51,555 nt of DNA. It comes from an uncultured Candidatus Bathyarchaeia archaeon (lineage in GTDB: Archaea; Thermoproteota; Bathyarchaeia; TCS64). The stretch is taken from the NCBI GenBank assembly GCA_964487465.1, contig CAZAQI010000003.1:1-51555 (forward strand). Reading direction: 5' to 3'. Below, in pieces: positions 1-8,225 of the stretch; the stretch's first letter is position 1, and every line of letters begins with the position of its first letter. The notes under the pieces are model-generated. The model saw only the letters and a program-made list of their open reading frames with translations, made no database searches and had not been told where the DNA came from. The translations under genes and the position numbers were made by a program.

Positions 1-909
1 ATGAAGATGGGTTTAGAGGTAGCTGGAGAAAACTTGGAACTTCATATCATAGAGAAACCAGCCGAAGCAGAATATAGCCACGGCACCATAGACCTCATAG
101 ACTTGAAGAACATAGACCCCGGGAAACTGGAGGTGGGTAAACCAGCAGCCATGACCGGGGCAGCCAGCGCAGAATATGTGATCCACGCAGCCGATCTGGC
201 CCTGAATAATGAGGTAGACGCCATGGTAACCGCTCCATTGAACAAGGAAGCCCTCCATATGGGTGGATACAACTACCCGGGCCACACTGAGCTACTGGCT
301 GAGAGATCAGGAACCAAGCACTACGCTATGATGCTAGCCACCGGTAACCTACGAGTAGTCCATGCAACCACTCACATCCCCTTCAAAGACATACCCAAGC
401 ACCTTACCAAAAAGCGAATCCACACTACAATCCACATCGCTCAACGAGCCTGCCTGAGCCTAGGCATAGATAAACCCAGAATAGCCGTAGCCGGATTAAA
501 CCCCCACAGTGGAGACGGGGGCTTATTCGGAGACGAGGAAGCAGAAATCATAACCCCCGCTATACTTGAAGCTGTGAATGAGGGCTTGGACGTAGAGGGT
601 CCTGTACCAGCGGACACGGTTTTCGGTAAAGCCGCTGGAGGCCAGTACGATATAGTGGTTGCACTTTACCATGATCAGGGGCATATCCCCGTTAAACTCC
701 TGGGAATGGAATACGATGAAGCCACCGGTAAATGGCTCAACGTGAGCGGAGTCAACGTTACACTGGGTCTACGATTCATAAGAACCTCTGTCGACCATGG
801 AACAGCCTACGGTAAAGCAGGTAGAAAAGAAGGCACAGCGAACCCCGGGAGCCTTAAAGAGGCAGTCAGCTACGCTGTCCAGGTGGCTCATGCACGAAAA
901 AACCAATAA
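1..909 (+). CDS. PdxA-family NAD-dependent dehydrogenase (4-hydroxythreonine-4-phosphate / 4-phosphothreonate dehydrogenase type); 5' end probably cut by the window edge
   Basis: Motifs TAPLNKEAL, YPGHTELLAE, NPHSGDGGLFGDEE, YHDQGHIPVK and IRTSVDHGTA are typical of PdxA. The usual N-terminal GDPAGIG region is absent, so the gene appears to start before position 1. Confidence 0.85.
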   Translation: MKMGLEVAGENLELHIIEKPAEAEYSHGTIDLIDLKNIDPGKLEVGKPAAMTGAASAEYVIHAADLALNNEVDAMVTAPLNKEALHMGGYNYPGHTELLAERSGTKHYAMMLATGNLRVVHATTHIPFKDIPKHLTKKRIHTTIHIAQRACLSLGIDKPRIAVAGLNPHSGDGGLFGDEEAEIITPAILEAVNEGLDVEGPVPADTVFGKAAGGQYDIVVALYHDQGHIPVKLLGMEYDEATGKWLNVSGVNVTLGLRFIRTSVDHGTAYGKAGRKEGTANPGSLKEAVSYAVQVAHARKNQ

Positions 910-931
910 ACCCCTGGAGCTAAGACAAACC

Positions 932-2191
932 ATGCAGCTCCCAAAGATGGCAAAAGCTCAACAATTTTTCGATCAACCAGAAATCAAAGACATTGAATCC
1001 AGTATCAGGGAAGAACTGGAGAAAAAAGAGCTAAAAAAACGGGTAAAACCCGGTCAGAGAATCGCTGTAACCGCTGGAAGCAGGGGGATCGCGAACATAC
1101 CTTTGATCCTTCGAACTATAGTGGATGTGCTCCGAGAAGCCGAGACTAAGCCCTTCCTTCTAGCCGCGATGGGCAGTCACGGAGGAGCTACTCCCGAAGG
1201 CCAGATCGAGGTACTTCATAGTCTTGGCGTGACTGAGGAAACCGTGGGTGCTCCCATCGAAGCCGGGATGGAAGTAGAAACAGTAGGAACCCTACCAGAC
1301 GGTGTAGAGATTTATCTCAACCGCATAGCTCTACAGGCTGATGGGGTATTCGTCACCGGGCGGGTAAAGCCTCACACCGACTTTAAGGGGGAGATAGAGT
1401 CTGGGCTACTCAAGATGATGGCGATTGGTCTCGGTAACCAGAAGGGAGCGGAGATGATTCACTGGCACCGCTATGATGGTTACCATAGGATACTGCCTGA
1501 GGCCGGGAAATTGATCGCGGAGAAGACAAACATCGTAATGGGGTTAGCCCTGCTGGAGAACGCGTACCATAAGACAGCTGAGGTACACGCATTATACCCC
1601 GAGGAATTCTACACCCGGGAAAAGGAGCTTCTCAGAAAAGCCAAAGACATGTTACCCAGACTTCCCTTCAAGGATATCGATGTACTGGTAGTGGAGGAGC
1701 TGGGTAAGAACATCAGCGGCGTCGGCATGGACACAAACGTGACAGGCAGATTCTGGATGCCCAACGAACACGACCCACGGGCTCCAAGCATCAAAAAGAT
1801 AGCTGTACTCGACCTAACCGAGGAAACCCACGGTAACGCTATAGGAATCGGTTTAGCCGATGTAACCACTAGACGCGCCTATGAGAAGATAGATTACCAT
1901 CAGACCTACGTGAACTGTCTAACACAGGGAAGCGGAGAAACCGGGAAGATACCACCCTTCTTACCCAGTGATAAAGACGCCATCTCTACAGCCATCCGGA
2001 TCAGTGGACCCGTGCAACCGGAAAACGCGAAAGTCATAAGGATAAAAAACACCCAGGAACTGGAGACTATCTACATAAGCGAGGCACTGGTCAAAGAACT
2101 ACAAAACAATAAAGATCTACAGAAAAGACTCAAACTAGTTGAAGAATTAAAAGAAATACAGTTCGACGTAATGGGTTACCTGGCGAGATAA
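932..2191 (+). CDS. LarA-N-terminal-like (DUF2088-type) domain protein, function unknown
   Basis: Long ORF. I prefer the ATG at 932 (MQLPKMAKAQ...), which avoids the 113-nt overlap with the PdxA gene produced by the 797 start. The segment RIAVTAGSRGI...AAMGSHGGATPEGQ resembles LarA-like/DUF2088 proteins. It lies beside a PdxA-like gene, as in sugar-acid catabolic clusters. Confidence 0.5.
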   Translation: MQLPKMAKAQQFFDQPEIKDIESSIREELEKKELKKRVKPGQRIAVTAGSRGIANIPLILRTIVDVLREAETKPFLLAAMGSHGGATPEGQIEVLHSLGVTEETVGAPIEAGMEVETVGTLPDGVEIYLNRIALQADGVFVTGRVKPHTDFKGEIESGLLKMMAIGLGNQKGAEMIHWHRYDGYHRILPEAGKLIAEKTNIVMGLALLENAYHKTAEVHALYPEEFYTREKELLRKAKDMLPRLPFKDIDVLVVEELGKNISGVGMDTNVTGRFWMPNEHDPRAPSIKKIAVLDLTEETHGNAIGIGLADVTTRRAYEKIDYHQTYVNCLTQGSGETGKIPPFLPSDKDAISTAIRISGPVQPENAKVIRIKNTQELETIYISEALVKELQNNKDLQKRLKLVEELKEIQFDVMGYLAR

Positions 2192-2199
2192 TTGAGAAC

Positions 2200-2772
2200 C
2201 TAATAGTTCTCAGGCATTATCTCATAATACTCCTGCGCATGCTTGCACGCCGGGCATAGCTCTGGAGCCTCTTTACCGTGGTGAATGTATCCACAGTTCA
2301 GGCAATGCCACTTGACTACCTCGTCACGCTTGAAGACTGTCCCGTTTTTCACGTTCTCAAGCAGCTTCCTGTATCTTTTCTCATGCTCTTCCTCCACCTC
2401 GGCTATCTCTGTGAAGCTCTCAGCTATCTCATCAAATCCTTCTTCCTTCGCGGTCTCCGCGAAGTCAGGGTACAGGGTACCCCACTCCAGTTTCTCTCCC
2501 TCCGCTGCCTCCAGCAGGTTCTCAGCGGTGGTACCTATCTCTCCTGCGGGGTACTCTGCTGTGATCTCCACCATGCCCCCTTCAAGGTACTTGAAGAAGA
2601 CCTCCGCGTGTTCTTTCTCGTTAGCGGCTGTCTCCTCAAAGATCCTCTGGATCTGCACATATCCCTCTTTACGGGCCTTGCTCGCGAAGAAGGTGTACCT
2701 GTTTCTAGCTTGGCTCTCCCCAGCGAAAGACTTGAGGAGATTTTTCTCTGTCTCTGTTCCTTTAATATTCAT
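2200..2772 (-). CDS. rbr: Rubrerythrin (diiron four-helix-bundle domain plus C-terminal rubredoxin-like CxxC...CxxC)
   Basis: N-terminal GTETEKNLLKSFAGESQARNRY and EExEHAEVF diiron motifs. C-terminal CLNCGY...CPACKH. ATG start at 2772. Confidence 0.9.
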   Translation of the reverse strand: MNIKGTETEKNLLKSFAGESQARNRYTFFASKARKEGYVQIQRIFEETAANEKEHAEVFFKYLEGGMVEITAEYPAGEIGTTAENLLEAAEGEKLEWGTLYPDFAETAKEEGFDEIAESFTEIAEVEEEHEKRYRKLLENVKNGTVFKRDEVVKWHCLNCGYIHHGKEAPELCPACKHAQEYYEIMPENY

Positions 2773-2818
2773 TTTAGGACAGACAAAATTAGGTTGGGTG
2801 AGTTAAAAAAGGTGAGGT

Positions 2819-3667
2819 TTACTCTCTGAACGCGGGTGGTGTGGGTATCTTCTTCCAGCGCCTGATAAACTCGGCGATGAACTCAACCCGTTCCTCAAGT
2901 CGAGCCTTATACTCCTCCGGGTCAGCGTCCAGTGGACTATTCCAGCCATAGATACCATCACTGCTGAAATCATCAGTATCAGGCTCAGCGCATGCCCCGA
3001 AAACCTGGGACACAAGCTCCCAGTCCTCCCTATCCGGGTCCCGCATCTCCTTTAGCTCCTCACTCATGTTATTACTGGGCTTCCAGTCCTCTGGTAGACG
3101 CCACATCTCCACCAGCTCCGGGAACAGGGCTAGGGCGGCGCTGGTCTCGTTCTGGCCACTGTGAACATCCCAGTAACGCTGGCTCCGCTCAGTGTACTTC
3201 TTGGCTAACTCGGTGTCACCGGGCCCACTTGGAACCGCTACCATAACCCCGAACTCGCGTTTAGCCACCTGAGCCACCAGGTTCATGGTATTGGTATTAC
3301 CCCCATGACCATTCAACAAGACAAACCGGTTAACCCCATGATAAGCCAACGAACCAATAGTGTCCATCAAGACCCCCATCAAGGTCTCCCAGCTAAACGT
3401 AATAGAGCCAGCGAACCCCATATGGTGGGGACTGTATCCGGGCCAACACGGGTGAACACATATGCTGTTAGTACGCGAAGCAACCTTATGCACAATGGCC
3501 TTCACAGCCAATGAATCCATACCCAGAGGCAGATGAGGTCCATGCTGCTCAATACTTCCAATACCGATCACAACCACAGGCACCTCCTCGTGTTCCAACC
3601 AGTCCTCAAACGCGGGACGAGTCAACTCCGTAATCCAAAACTTGCTAAGCTTTCCATTCTCAGACAT
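2819..3667 (-). CDS. Creatininase-family amidohydrolase (copy 1)
   Basis: IGSIEQHGPHLPLGMDS and LLNGHGGN motifs are characteristic of the creatininase/ArfB-type fold. It is about 60% identical by eye to the ORF at 11662..12507. Confidence 0.8.
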   Translation of the reverse strand: MSENGKLSKFWITELTRPAFEDWLEHEEVPVVVIGIGSIEQHGPHLPLGMDSLAVKAIVHKVASRTNSICVHPCWPGYSPHHMGFAGSITFSWETLMGVLMDTIGSLAYHGVNRFVLLNGHGGNTNTMNLVAQVAKREFGVMVAVPSGPGDTELAKKYTERSQRYWDVHSGQNETSAALALFPELVEMWRLPEDWKPSNNMSEELKEMRDPDREDWELVSQVFGACAEPDTDDFSSDGIYGWNSPLDADPEEYKARLEERVEFIAEFIRRWKKIPTPPAFRE

Positions 3668-3778
3668 ACAAAATAATCACACAAACAAGAATAAAACACC
3701 ACCCACAAGCGAACAAACGAACACACTCCCACCCCCGCCCCCACAAGACACAAAAACACCGAACACTAAACACACACT
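3668..3778. promoter_or_regulatory. Divergent intergenic region with extreme A+C composition on the + strand (G+T rich on the - strand)
   Basis: I counted about 98 of 111 nt as A or C. C-runs lie at 3728-3730, 3732-3736 and 3738-3742. The region sits between the divergently transcribed creatininase and MBL-fold genes. Confidence 0.6.
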
Positions 3779-4423
3779 ATGCTACAGATACGGTGGCACG
3801 GACACAGCTGCTTCGAGTTAACCGATAGCCAAACCACCGTAATCACGGATCCTCATGACGGAGACTCCCTGAACCTCCCACCTCCACCTAAAACCGCAGA
3901 CGCAGTCACCATAAGCCATGATCACCAGGACCACATCAGCGGCGCAAACAAATACACCTGCCCAATACTCAAAGAACCCATCCAGGAAACAATAGGAACC
4001 GCACGTCTCAAGGGAGTCGAATGCTGGCACGACGACCAACGAGGAAAACGCCTAGGACCAAACATAGTCTGGAACATAATCCTCAACGGAATCCAGATAA
4101 CCCACCTAGGTGACCTGGGCCACTACTTGAAGACGACTCAGATGTCCCAGATCGGATCCCCCGAGATCTTAATCGTGAACACCGGGACCGACACAGTACT
4201 GGCAGACAACAACATCGCCTTACTGAGCCCCCGGGTAATCATCCCCATGCATTACCATACACCAGGCATCGATTTCCCCTTCTACCCCCTGAAAACCATA
4301 CAGGATTTCACGGAGGGAAAAGATAACGTGGAACACATCGGCAACATACACACCTATACACGTGAAGAGATCCCCCACCGCCCAGTAATACACGTCTACG
4401 ATGCCCCTAGAAAACAGAAATAA
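3779..4423 (+). CDS. MBL-fold metal-dependent hydrolase (UPF0173-like)
   Basis: HxHxDH motif (ISHDHQDHI), about 214 aa, with beta-lactamase-fold signature spacing. Confidence 0.75.
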   Translation: MLQIRWHGHSCFELTDSQTTVITDPHDGDSLNLPPPPKTADAVTISHDHQDHISGANKYTCPILKEPIQETIGTARLKGVECWHDDQRGKRLGPNIVWNIILNGIQITHLGDLGHYLKTTQMSQIGSPEILIVNTGTDTVLADNNIALLSPRVIIPMHYHTPGIDFPFYPLKTIQDFTEGKDNVEHIGNIHTYTREEIPHRPVIHVYDAPRKQK

Positions 4424-4445
4424 ACCCACTCACCACTACTTAACC

Positions 4446-5408
4446 ATGAAACCACCCACATTACTCGATATCATGCAAGCCGCTGAGAGAATCAAACCAT
4501 ACCTCAACCCCTCACCCCTATACACCTACCCCACCCTTAACGAGCACCTAGGCTTCAAAGCCTACATCAAACACGAGAACTATAACCCCACAGGAGCATT
4601 CAAGATCAGGGGCGGCATAAACCTAATCAGCCAGCTAACACCAGAGGAGAAGAATCGTGGCGTTATAACCGCCAGCACTGGAAACCATGGTCAGAGCATA
4701 GCCCTCGCCTCCAAGATATTCAACGTGGATGCCCATATCTGTGTACCCGAAGGAGCTAACCCAATAAAGGTCTCGGCCATACGAATGCACGGAGCCGAGA
4801 TCCATGAGAAGGGCAAAGACTTTGATGAAGCAGTAGAGAACGGGAAAAAAATAGCCGAGGAACACGGATACAGGTTCATAAACAGCGGCAACGAGCCGCT
4901 CCTAATCGCCGGGGTGGGAACCATCGGCCTCGAGATAATGCAACAGCAACCAGATATAGACACCGTGATAAGCCCCGTGGGAAGCGGAACGGGAGCCGGT
5001 GGGACAGCTACCACGATAAAAGCCTTGAATCCCAACGTCAAAGTCATCTCTGTACAAGCCGAGAAGGCACCCAGCATCTACATGAGTTACAGGAGCGGTG
5101 AACTAGAGTCCACACCCACCGCTGAGACCTTCGCCGATGGGTTAGCCACGAGAAACGCATTCAAACTACCTCTCGGCATTCTCAGGAGCCATGTCGATGA
5201 CTTCATACTAGTATCCGAGGACGAGATGCGAGAGGCCATCAAGCTCTACCTTATGCACTGTCACACGGTGGCCGAAGGCGCCGGGGCGGCTAGCCTCGCA
5301 GCAGCTTTTAAGCTGAGAGACGAGTTGAAGGACAAGAAAGTGGCACTAGTACTCAGCGGCGGTAACATTACCTATGAGGAATTACTGCGTTGCATAGATA
5401 ATTCATAG
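4446..5408 (+). CDS. PLP-dependent threonine/serine dehydratase (threonine ammonia-lyase type, no regulatory ACT domain)
   Basis: PLP-lysine motif NPTGAFKIRGG, plus STGNHGQS and the glycine loop GSGTGAGG. The ATG at 4446 is preferred over 4401, which overlaps the upstream gene. Confidence 0.8.
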   Translation: MKPPTLLDIMQAAERIKPYLNPSPLYTYPTLNEHLGFKAYIKHENYNPTGAFKIRGGINLISQLTPEEKNRGVITASTGNHGQSIALASKIFNVDAHICVPEGANPIKVSAIRMHGAEIHEKGKDFDEAVENGKKIAEEHGYRFINSGNEPLLIAGVGTIGLEIMQQQPDIDTVISPVGSGTGAGGTATTIKALNPNVKVISVQAEKAPSIYMSYRSGELESTPTAETFADGLATRNAFKLPLGILRSHVDDFILVSEDEMREAIKLYLMHCHTVAEGAGAASLAAAFKLRDELKDKKVALVLSGGNITYEELLRCIDNS

Positions 5409-5410
5409 GA

Positions 5411-5417
5411 TTAAATT
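5411..5417 (+). promoter_or_regulatory. Candidate archaeal TATA-like box for the translin gene (leaderless or short-leader transcript)
   Basis: TTAAATT is centred about 26 nt upstream of the ATG at 5440. Confidence 0.25.
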
Positions 5418-5439
5418 CCCCCCTGACCTAGTCTATTAT

Positions 5440-6063
5440 ATGTTAGATGATATCCTAGAAGCAGCAACCAGTGAACTACTCTCAAGAGAAGAGGCCCGGG
5501 ACGAGGCATACAGCCGGGCCCGCAGAGCCAGGACACTAAGTAAACAAGCCATCCTCTATCTACACAACGGTAATGAGAACCAGGCTTTAATTAACCTAGA
5601 AGAAGCAAGACAACTACTATCCGAGATCGAGCCCTATGCTGAAAATCACCCGGAGATCGCTCACTATAACGCCGTAACATCCGCAAAAGAGGAACACTCT
5701 GAGGCCAGCATCCTCTATGGATTGAACACAGGGGAAGGCTACCCCTTACCTGAGAAACTAGGTGTCTCGGCTACCGATTACCTCCTAGGATTAGCCGATG
5801 TACCCGGGGAGCTACGTCGACAATCACTGGATCACCTAAGATCGGGTAATCTAAGTGCAGCCGAGGATAACCTAGAGGTGATGGAGGAGATCTATATGAA
5901 TCTAGTATCCATTGAGGAGGCCTCTCTCTTTCTCAAGGGGCTTAGACGGAAGATGGATATAATGCGTAACGTGAATGAGCGTACAAGGGCTGAGATAACG
6001 ACAGAGGCCAGCCGAAAACGTTTGACTAGAAAACTCTCCGAACTCAGTGAGAAGCTAGACTAG
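5440..6063 (+). CDS. Translin-family protein
   Basis: The signature ATDYLLGLADVPGELRR matches the translin DYLLGLADLTGEL motif. The protein is helical and about 207 aa. Confidence 0.75.
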   Translation: MLDDILEAATSELLSREEARDEAYSRARRARTLSKQAILYLHNGNENQALINLEEARQLLSEIEPYAENHPEIAHYNAVTSAKEEHSEASILYGLNTGEGYPLPEKLGVSATDYLLGLADVPGELRRQSLDHLRSGNLSAAEDNLEVMEEIYMNLVSIEEASLFLKGLRRKMDIMRNVNERTRAEITTEASRKRLTRKLSELSEKLD

Positions 6064-6104
6064 CTCCTATCCTGTATACGATTTATACCAAAACCAGTTA
6101 CTGC

Positions 6105-6110
6105 TTTTTT
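6105..6110 (+). terminator. Oligo-T tract downstream of the translin gene
   Basis: A T6 run lies 42 nt after the stop codon. A 6-bp hairpin (atggaa/ttccat, 6147..6162) follows. Confidence 0.35.
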
Positions 6111-6247
6111 CCTAGATCTGGATCAGGTCTGGGGATTTTTCACTGAATGGAATTGTTTCCATGCTTTATTGTACCTACCCTAATCTTGTGTTTCGTTGTT
6201 ATCATAGATTAGATCATGAACTAGTGTTGGGTTTGTGGGAAAAATTA

Positions 6248-6541
6248 TTAATTTCGGGTATAGGTACCACCGAAATTCCTCAACACGGTAAACCTTAACG
6301 CCTCTCCTCCATAACATTCGACAAGATCACAGACCGTTAATGCACCTTGAATGGGACCATAATATACACTATACTGAAGCATTTCCCCGCCCTTTGCCCC
6401 GATTATCTCTTTCAGGTTTCTCCAGAATCTATTGGTAGCCTCTTTTTCCCTGAAATCATAGACAACGAGGTTTTGGTACTCTGATTCTAGGTTTTCGTCA
6501 ATACTGTCGAGTATTTTCTTGGCTCTGCTTCTTCTTCCCAC
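6248..6541 (-). CDS. Small Cas2-like (ferredoxin-fold) protein, solitary; function unknown
   Basis: The pattern LVVYDF...(helix)...LQYSVYYG...ALRFTV resembles the Cas2 beta-alpha-beta-beta-alpha-beta core (VxYDI ... QxSVF). GTG start at 6541. A T5 run follows the stop on the - strand. No cas1 or repeat array is present in the window. Confidence 0.35.
   Translation of the reverse strand: MGRRSRAKKILDSIDENLESEYQNLVVYDFREKEATNRFWRNLKEIIGAKGGEMLQYSVYYGPIQGALTVCDLVECYGGEALRFTVLRNFGGTYTRN
6260..6276. repeat. Left arm of a perfect 17-bp inverted repeat (ataggtaccaccgaaat)
   Basis: This is the exact reverse complement of 6545..6561. It lies inside the last codons of the Cas2-like ORF. Confidence 0.9.
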
Positions 6542-6544
6542 ATC

Positions 6545-6561
6545 ATTTCGGTGGTACCTAT
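6545..6561. repeat. Right arm of a perfect 17-bp inverted repeat (atttcggtggtacctat)
   Basis: This is the exact reverse complement of 6260..6276. It begins 4 nt upstream of the GTG start of the Cas2-like ORF. Confidence 0.9.
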
Positions 6562-6742
6562 GTACGAAAAACCGTGTTGCGACCAGCCTGCACCCAAAAA
6601 AGCTACAAACGAATCACGCATATCATTTATATCTGATAAAAACCCATCAATCACATCTAGAAGGGAAGACTGAGACTATTGTGTCAAAACTCTTAATCAA
6701 GGATGATTACACCCGTCTAGTCGATTCTATGGAAGTGAAACA

Positions 6743-8182
6743 ATGACAGAGCCAGATATTCATATCTATGACACCATGACGCGTCGGAAACGCCCATTCA
6801 AGCCAATAAACCCACCAAAAGTAACCATGTATGTTTGTGGACCAACCGTCTATGGAGACCCTCATATCGGTAATTTACGCAGCTTCACGAGCGGGGATCT
6901 TATCAGACGCTACTTGGAGTACAGAGGATACCAGGTCAAATACGTCATGAACATCACAGACATAGACGACAAGACCATCAGAGACAGCGGGGAAGCAGGT
7001 AAAACCCTCAAAGAATTCACAGAACACTACACAGGAGTATTCTTCCGGGGCCTTGACTTGCTTAACATCAAACGGGCAACAGCACATCCAAGAGCTACCG
7101 TATATGTTCCAGAGATGATCGAGTTCATTGAATCCTTGGAGGAAATGGGTTACGCCTACGAGACTGAGGATGGAGTCTACTTCGATATAGACAAGTTTGA
7201 GGACTATGGAAAGCTCAGCGGCATGGACATCACACGCACCGAGCAGACAACCCGTGTAGCCTCAGACGAGTACGATAAAGAGAATGCACAGGACTTTGCC
7301 CTATGGAAAAAATCAACACAAGAAGAACTTGACCGAGACATCTACTTCGAATCACCGTGGGGCCCTGGAAGACCAGGTTGGCATATCGAATGCAGCGTCA
7401 TGAGTAAAGAACTACTTGGAGACACAATAGACATCCACGCAGGGGGAGAAGACCTAGCCTTCCCCCACCACGAGAACGAGGTAGCCCAGAGTGAAGCATT
7501 AACGGGAAAGACTTTCGTCCATTACTGGGTGCATATGAGACACCTGATGATTGACGGAGGTAAGATGAGCAAGAGCCTGGGCAACTATGTGAGCTTCGAT
7601 GATGTACTGGCTAAGCATAGCCCCGATGCCTTCAGGTACTTTTACATCAGTACCCATTACCGGCGACCATTGAATTTCACGTGGAGCGCCATGGAGTCTG
7701 CTGAAAACACGGTCAACCGCCTAGAGAACACCCTTGATCTCATCGATAACGCCATAAATGGACCGGATAACAATCTAGATTACGGTGAAAGAGAGAAAAA
7801 ATTAATCAAGACTGTTAGAACGGAGAAGCAGAGCTTCATAGATGCTATGGATGATGACTTCAACACACCAGTAGCTCTCGGGCATCTCCACGCAGTAGCT
7901 GGAGCAATAAACGAATACGTACAGGAACCAACTAACAAAGGGGTCCTTACAGAGGCAGCCGAGACCTATCGGGAACTATTGCATGTACTAGGATTATTTG
8001 AGAAACGAAGCACCAGCAGCGATGAATTAACCGAGAAACTCCTACAGTTCATAACTGATCTACGAAACCAGCAGAGAGAGAAGAAGAACTATGAACTCGC
8101 TGACAAGATCAGAGATGGACTAAAGCAGATAGGGATAGAAATTCAGGACACCTCAGACGGAACCACTTGGAAAATCAAGTAA
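6743..8182 (+). CDS. cysS: Cysteine--tRNA ligase
   Basis: Class I HIGH motif (GDPHIGNLR), KMSKS motif (KMSKSLGN), CGPTVY, and a length of 479 aa. Confidence 0.95.
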   Translation: MTEPDIHIYDTMTRRKRPFKPINPPKVTMYVCGPTVYGDPHIGNLRSFTSGDLIRRYLEYRGYQVKYVMNITDIDDKTIRDSGEAGKTLKEFTEHYTGVFFRGLDLLNIKRATAHPRATVYVPEMIEFIESLEEMGYAYETEDGVYFDIDKFEDYGKLSGMDITRTEQTTRVASDEYDKENAQDFALWKKSTQEELDRDIYFESPWGPGRPGWHIECSVMSKELLGDTIDIHAGGEDLAFPHHENEVAQSEALTGKTFVHYWVHMRHLMIDGGKMSKSLGNYVSFDDVLAKHSPDAFRYFYISTHYRRPLNFTWSAMESAENTVNRLENTLDLIDNAINGPDNNLDYGEREKKLIKTVRTEKQSFIDAMDDDFNTPVALGHLHAVAGAINEYVQEPTNKGVLTEAAETYRELLHVLGLFEKRSTSSDELTEKLLQFITDLRNQQREKKNYELADKIRDGLKQIGIEIQDTSDGTTWKIK

Positions 8183-8225
8183 CACTTTTTGAAGACTTTT
8201 ATCCACTAACCCCCTGTTTCATTTT

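Noticed and set aside
797-931. A 5' extension of the DUF2088-like ORF that overlaps the PdxA gene by 113 nt.
   Set aside because: The overlapping part translates to basic, low-complexity sequence. An in-frame ATG at 932, 22 nt after the PdxA stop, gives a compact arrangement. The same reasoning applies to 4401..4445 and 40305..40442.
2526-2538. A 13-nt match (cggtggtacctat) inside the rubrerythrin gene to the right arm of the 17-bp inverted repeat at 6545..6561.
   Set aside because: It lies in frame in a conserved coding region (EIGTTAE) and has no partner arm nearby. Many chance 13-mer matches are expected among all pairs of positions in a 51-kb window, so I treat this as coincidence.
2278-2829. 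Long + strand ORFs (2278..2829 and 2285..2806) opposite the rubrerythrin gene. Similar antisense ORFs occur at 11643..12128, 20398..20898, 49235..49645 and 50020..50583.
   Set aside because: They lie entirely within well-supported genes on the other strand. They have Ser/Leu/Pro-rich, low-complexity translations typical of shadow ORFs, and I recognise no motif in them.
6248-6541. The possibility that the Cas2-like ORF marks a CRISPR-Cas locus.
   Set aside because: I saw no direct-repeat array, cas1 or other cas genes anywhere in the window. The flanking genes are housekeeping (translin, cysS).
6519-6746. A 75-aa ORF spanning the Cas2-like/cysS spacer.
   Set aside because: It overlaps the start of the Cas2-like gene and the start of cysS. 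Its translation has unusual composition and I recognise no motif. The region is more likely the cysS promoter or leader.
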